From the NCBI GenBank assembly GCA_963755715.1, contig CAVWLW010000045.1, forward strand, positions 1 through 64,000: a stretch of DNA of 64,000 bases, given 5' to 3'. A program made the translations under genes and the position numbers. The DNA is from an uncultured delta proteobacterium (GTDB lineage Bacteria > Desulfobacterota > Binatia > UBA9968). How positions within the stretch are numbered: position 1 is the stretch's first letter; every line of letters starts with the position of its first letter. Below the pieces are notes generated by a model, which saw nothing but the letters and a program-made list of their open reading frames with translations, was not told the DNA's origin and made no database searches. Below, piece by piece: positions 63,350 through 64,000 of the stretch.

Positions 63350-63436
63350 TGTCATGTCGAGCGCTAGCGAGAGATCTTTCCGAATCGCATCCCCCGCGGC
63401 TCGAAGAAAGATTTCTCACATTCGTTCGAAATGACA
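63350..63436. repeat. Intergenic palindromic element TGTCAT...ATGACA (copy 3)
   Basis: TGTCATGTCGAGCG/CGTTCGAAATGACA termini and an inner GAGAGATCTTTC/GAAAGATTTCTC stem. Confidence 0.75.
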
Positions 63437-63605
63437 TTCGCAGACGTTGAACGGGGCAAACTATCCGTTGCGTTTTTCACTTTCACCTAAAAAGGGGAAA
63501 CGTGAATTATTCGCTCAATTCAATTGACCCGCCGTCATTTTTCCTGCTATCTGAATTCACACTTTCAATTTAGATAGTTAAGTTTCCTGACTAGAAAGGT
63601 ATGTA

Positions 63606-64000
63606 ATGCGCTACGGTTTCGTCATCGACCAGAACCGTTGCATCGGCTGTCATGCGTGCACGGTGGCCTGCAAAGAAGAACACAACATCGCGCTCGGCGT
63701 AAATCGCACCTGGGTCAAATACATCGAGAAAGGCCGCTATCCCGACACTCGGCGTCACTTCGCGGTGCTGCGCTGCAATCACTGCGACGATGCGCCGTGT
63801 ATCGAAATTTGTCCGACGGTCTCGCTGTTTCGCCGACCCGACGGCATCGTCGACTTCGATAATGAGCGCTGCATCGGCTGCAAATCGTGCATGCAAGCCT
63901 GCCCCTACGACGCGCTTTACATCGATCCTGAACGCAACACCGCGGCTAAGTGTAATTTCGATGCGTCGCGCGTTGAAATGGGTTACAAGCCGGCCTGCGA
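63606..64000 (+). CDS. 4Fe-4S dicluster protein (DmsB/NrfC family), cut off by the window edge
   Basis: MRYGFVIDQNRCIGCHACTVAC, RCNHCDDAPCIEICP, CIGCKSCMQACPY. Confidence 0.92.
   Translation, partial: MRYGFVIDQNRCIGCHACTVACKEEHNIALGVNRTWVKYIEKGRYPDTRRHFAVLRCNHCDDAPCIEICPTVSLFRRPDGIVDFDNERCIGCKSCMQACPYDALYIDPERNTAAKCNFDASRVEMGYKPAC

Overview
This is a bacterial window. The gene mix (many NMT1/SsuA-type solute-binding proteins, Amidohydro_2 enzymes, ornithine-cyclodeaminase-like proteins) resembles uncultured soil Deltaproteobacteria such as Candidatus Binatia, but that taxon is inferred, not shown. The first 4.2 kb is decayed mobile DNA: LigD, tyrosine-integrase and terminase remnants, plus three tRNA fragments (Lys, Glu, Arg), each preceded by 11-bp-period direct repeats resembling integrase arm sites. 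At 4.8-8.1 kb is the most unusual module: an ExeA-type AAA ATPase that probably reads through one indel into a TM-sensor-TM-HAMP protein with no output domain, followed by an NMT1-type binding protein fused to LysM. The 9-20 kb block is core-like (beta-CASP nuclease, Fe3+-type ABC transporter, tRNA-Ser(GCT), DAG kinase, ppk1, YihY). From 20 to 64 kb are repeated catabolic modules: 8 Amidohydro_2 genes, 7 further NMT1-type SBPs with no cognate permease in the window, 3 OCD-like genes, a Rieske oxygenase, an LLM/F420 oxidoreductase, a TPP enzyme and a heme-oxygenase-like diiron protein. This stretch also holds a GHKL ATPase with two secreted TPR proteins and a second degraded patch at 46.8-51.4 kb. 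About 19 single-base frameshifts in otherwise intact genes point to sequencing or assembly indels. I saw no CRISPR array or rRNA.
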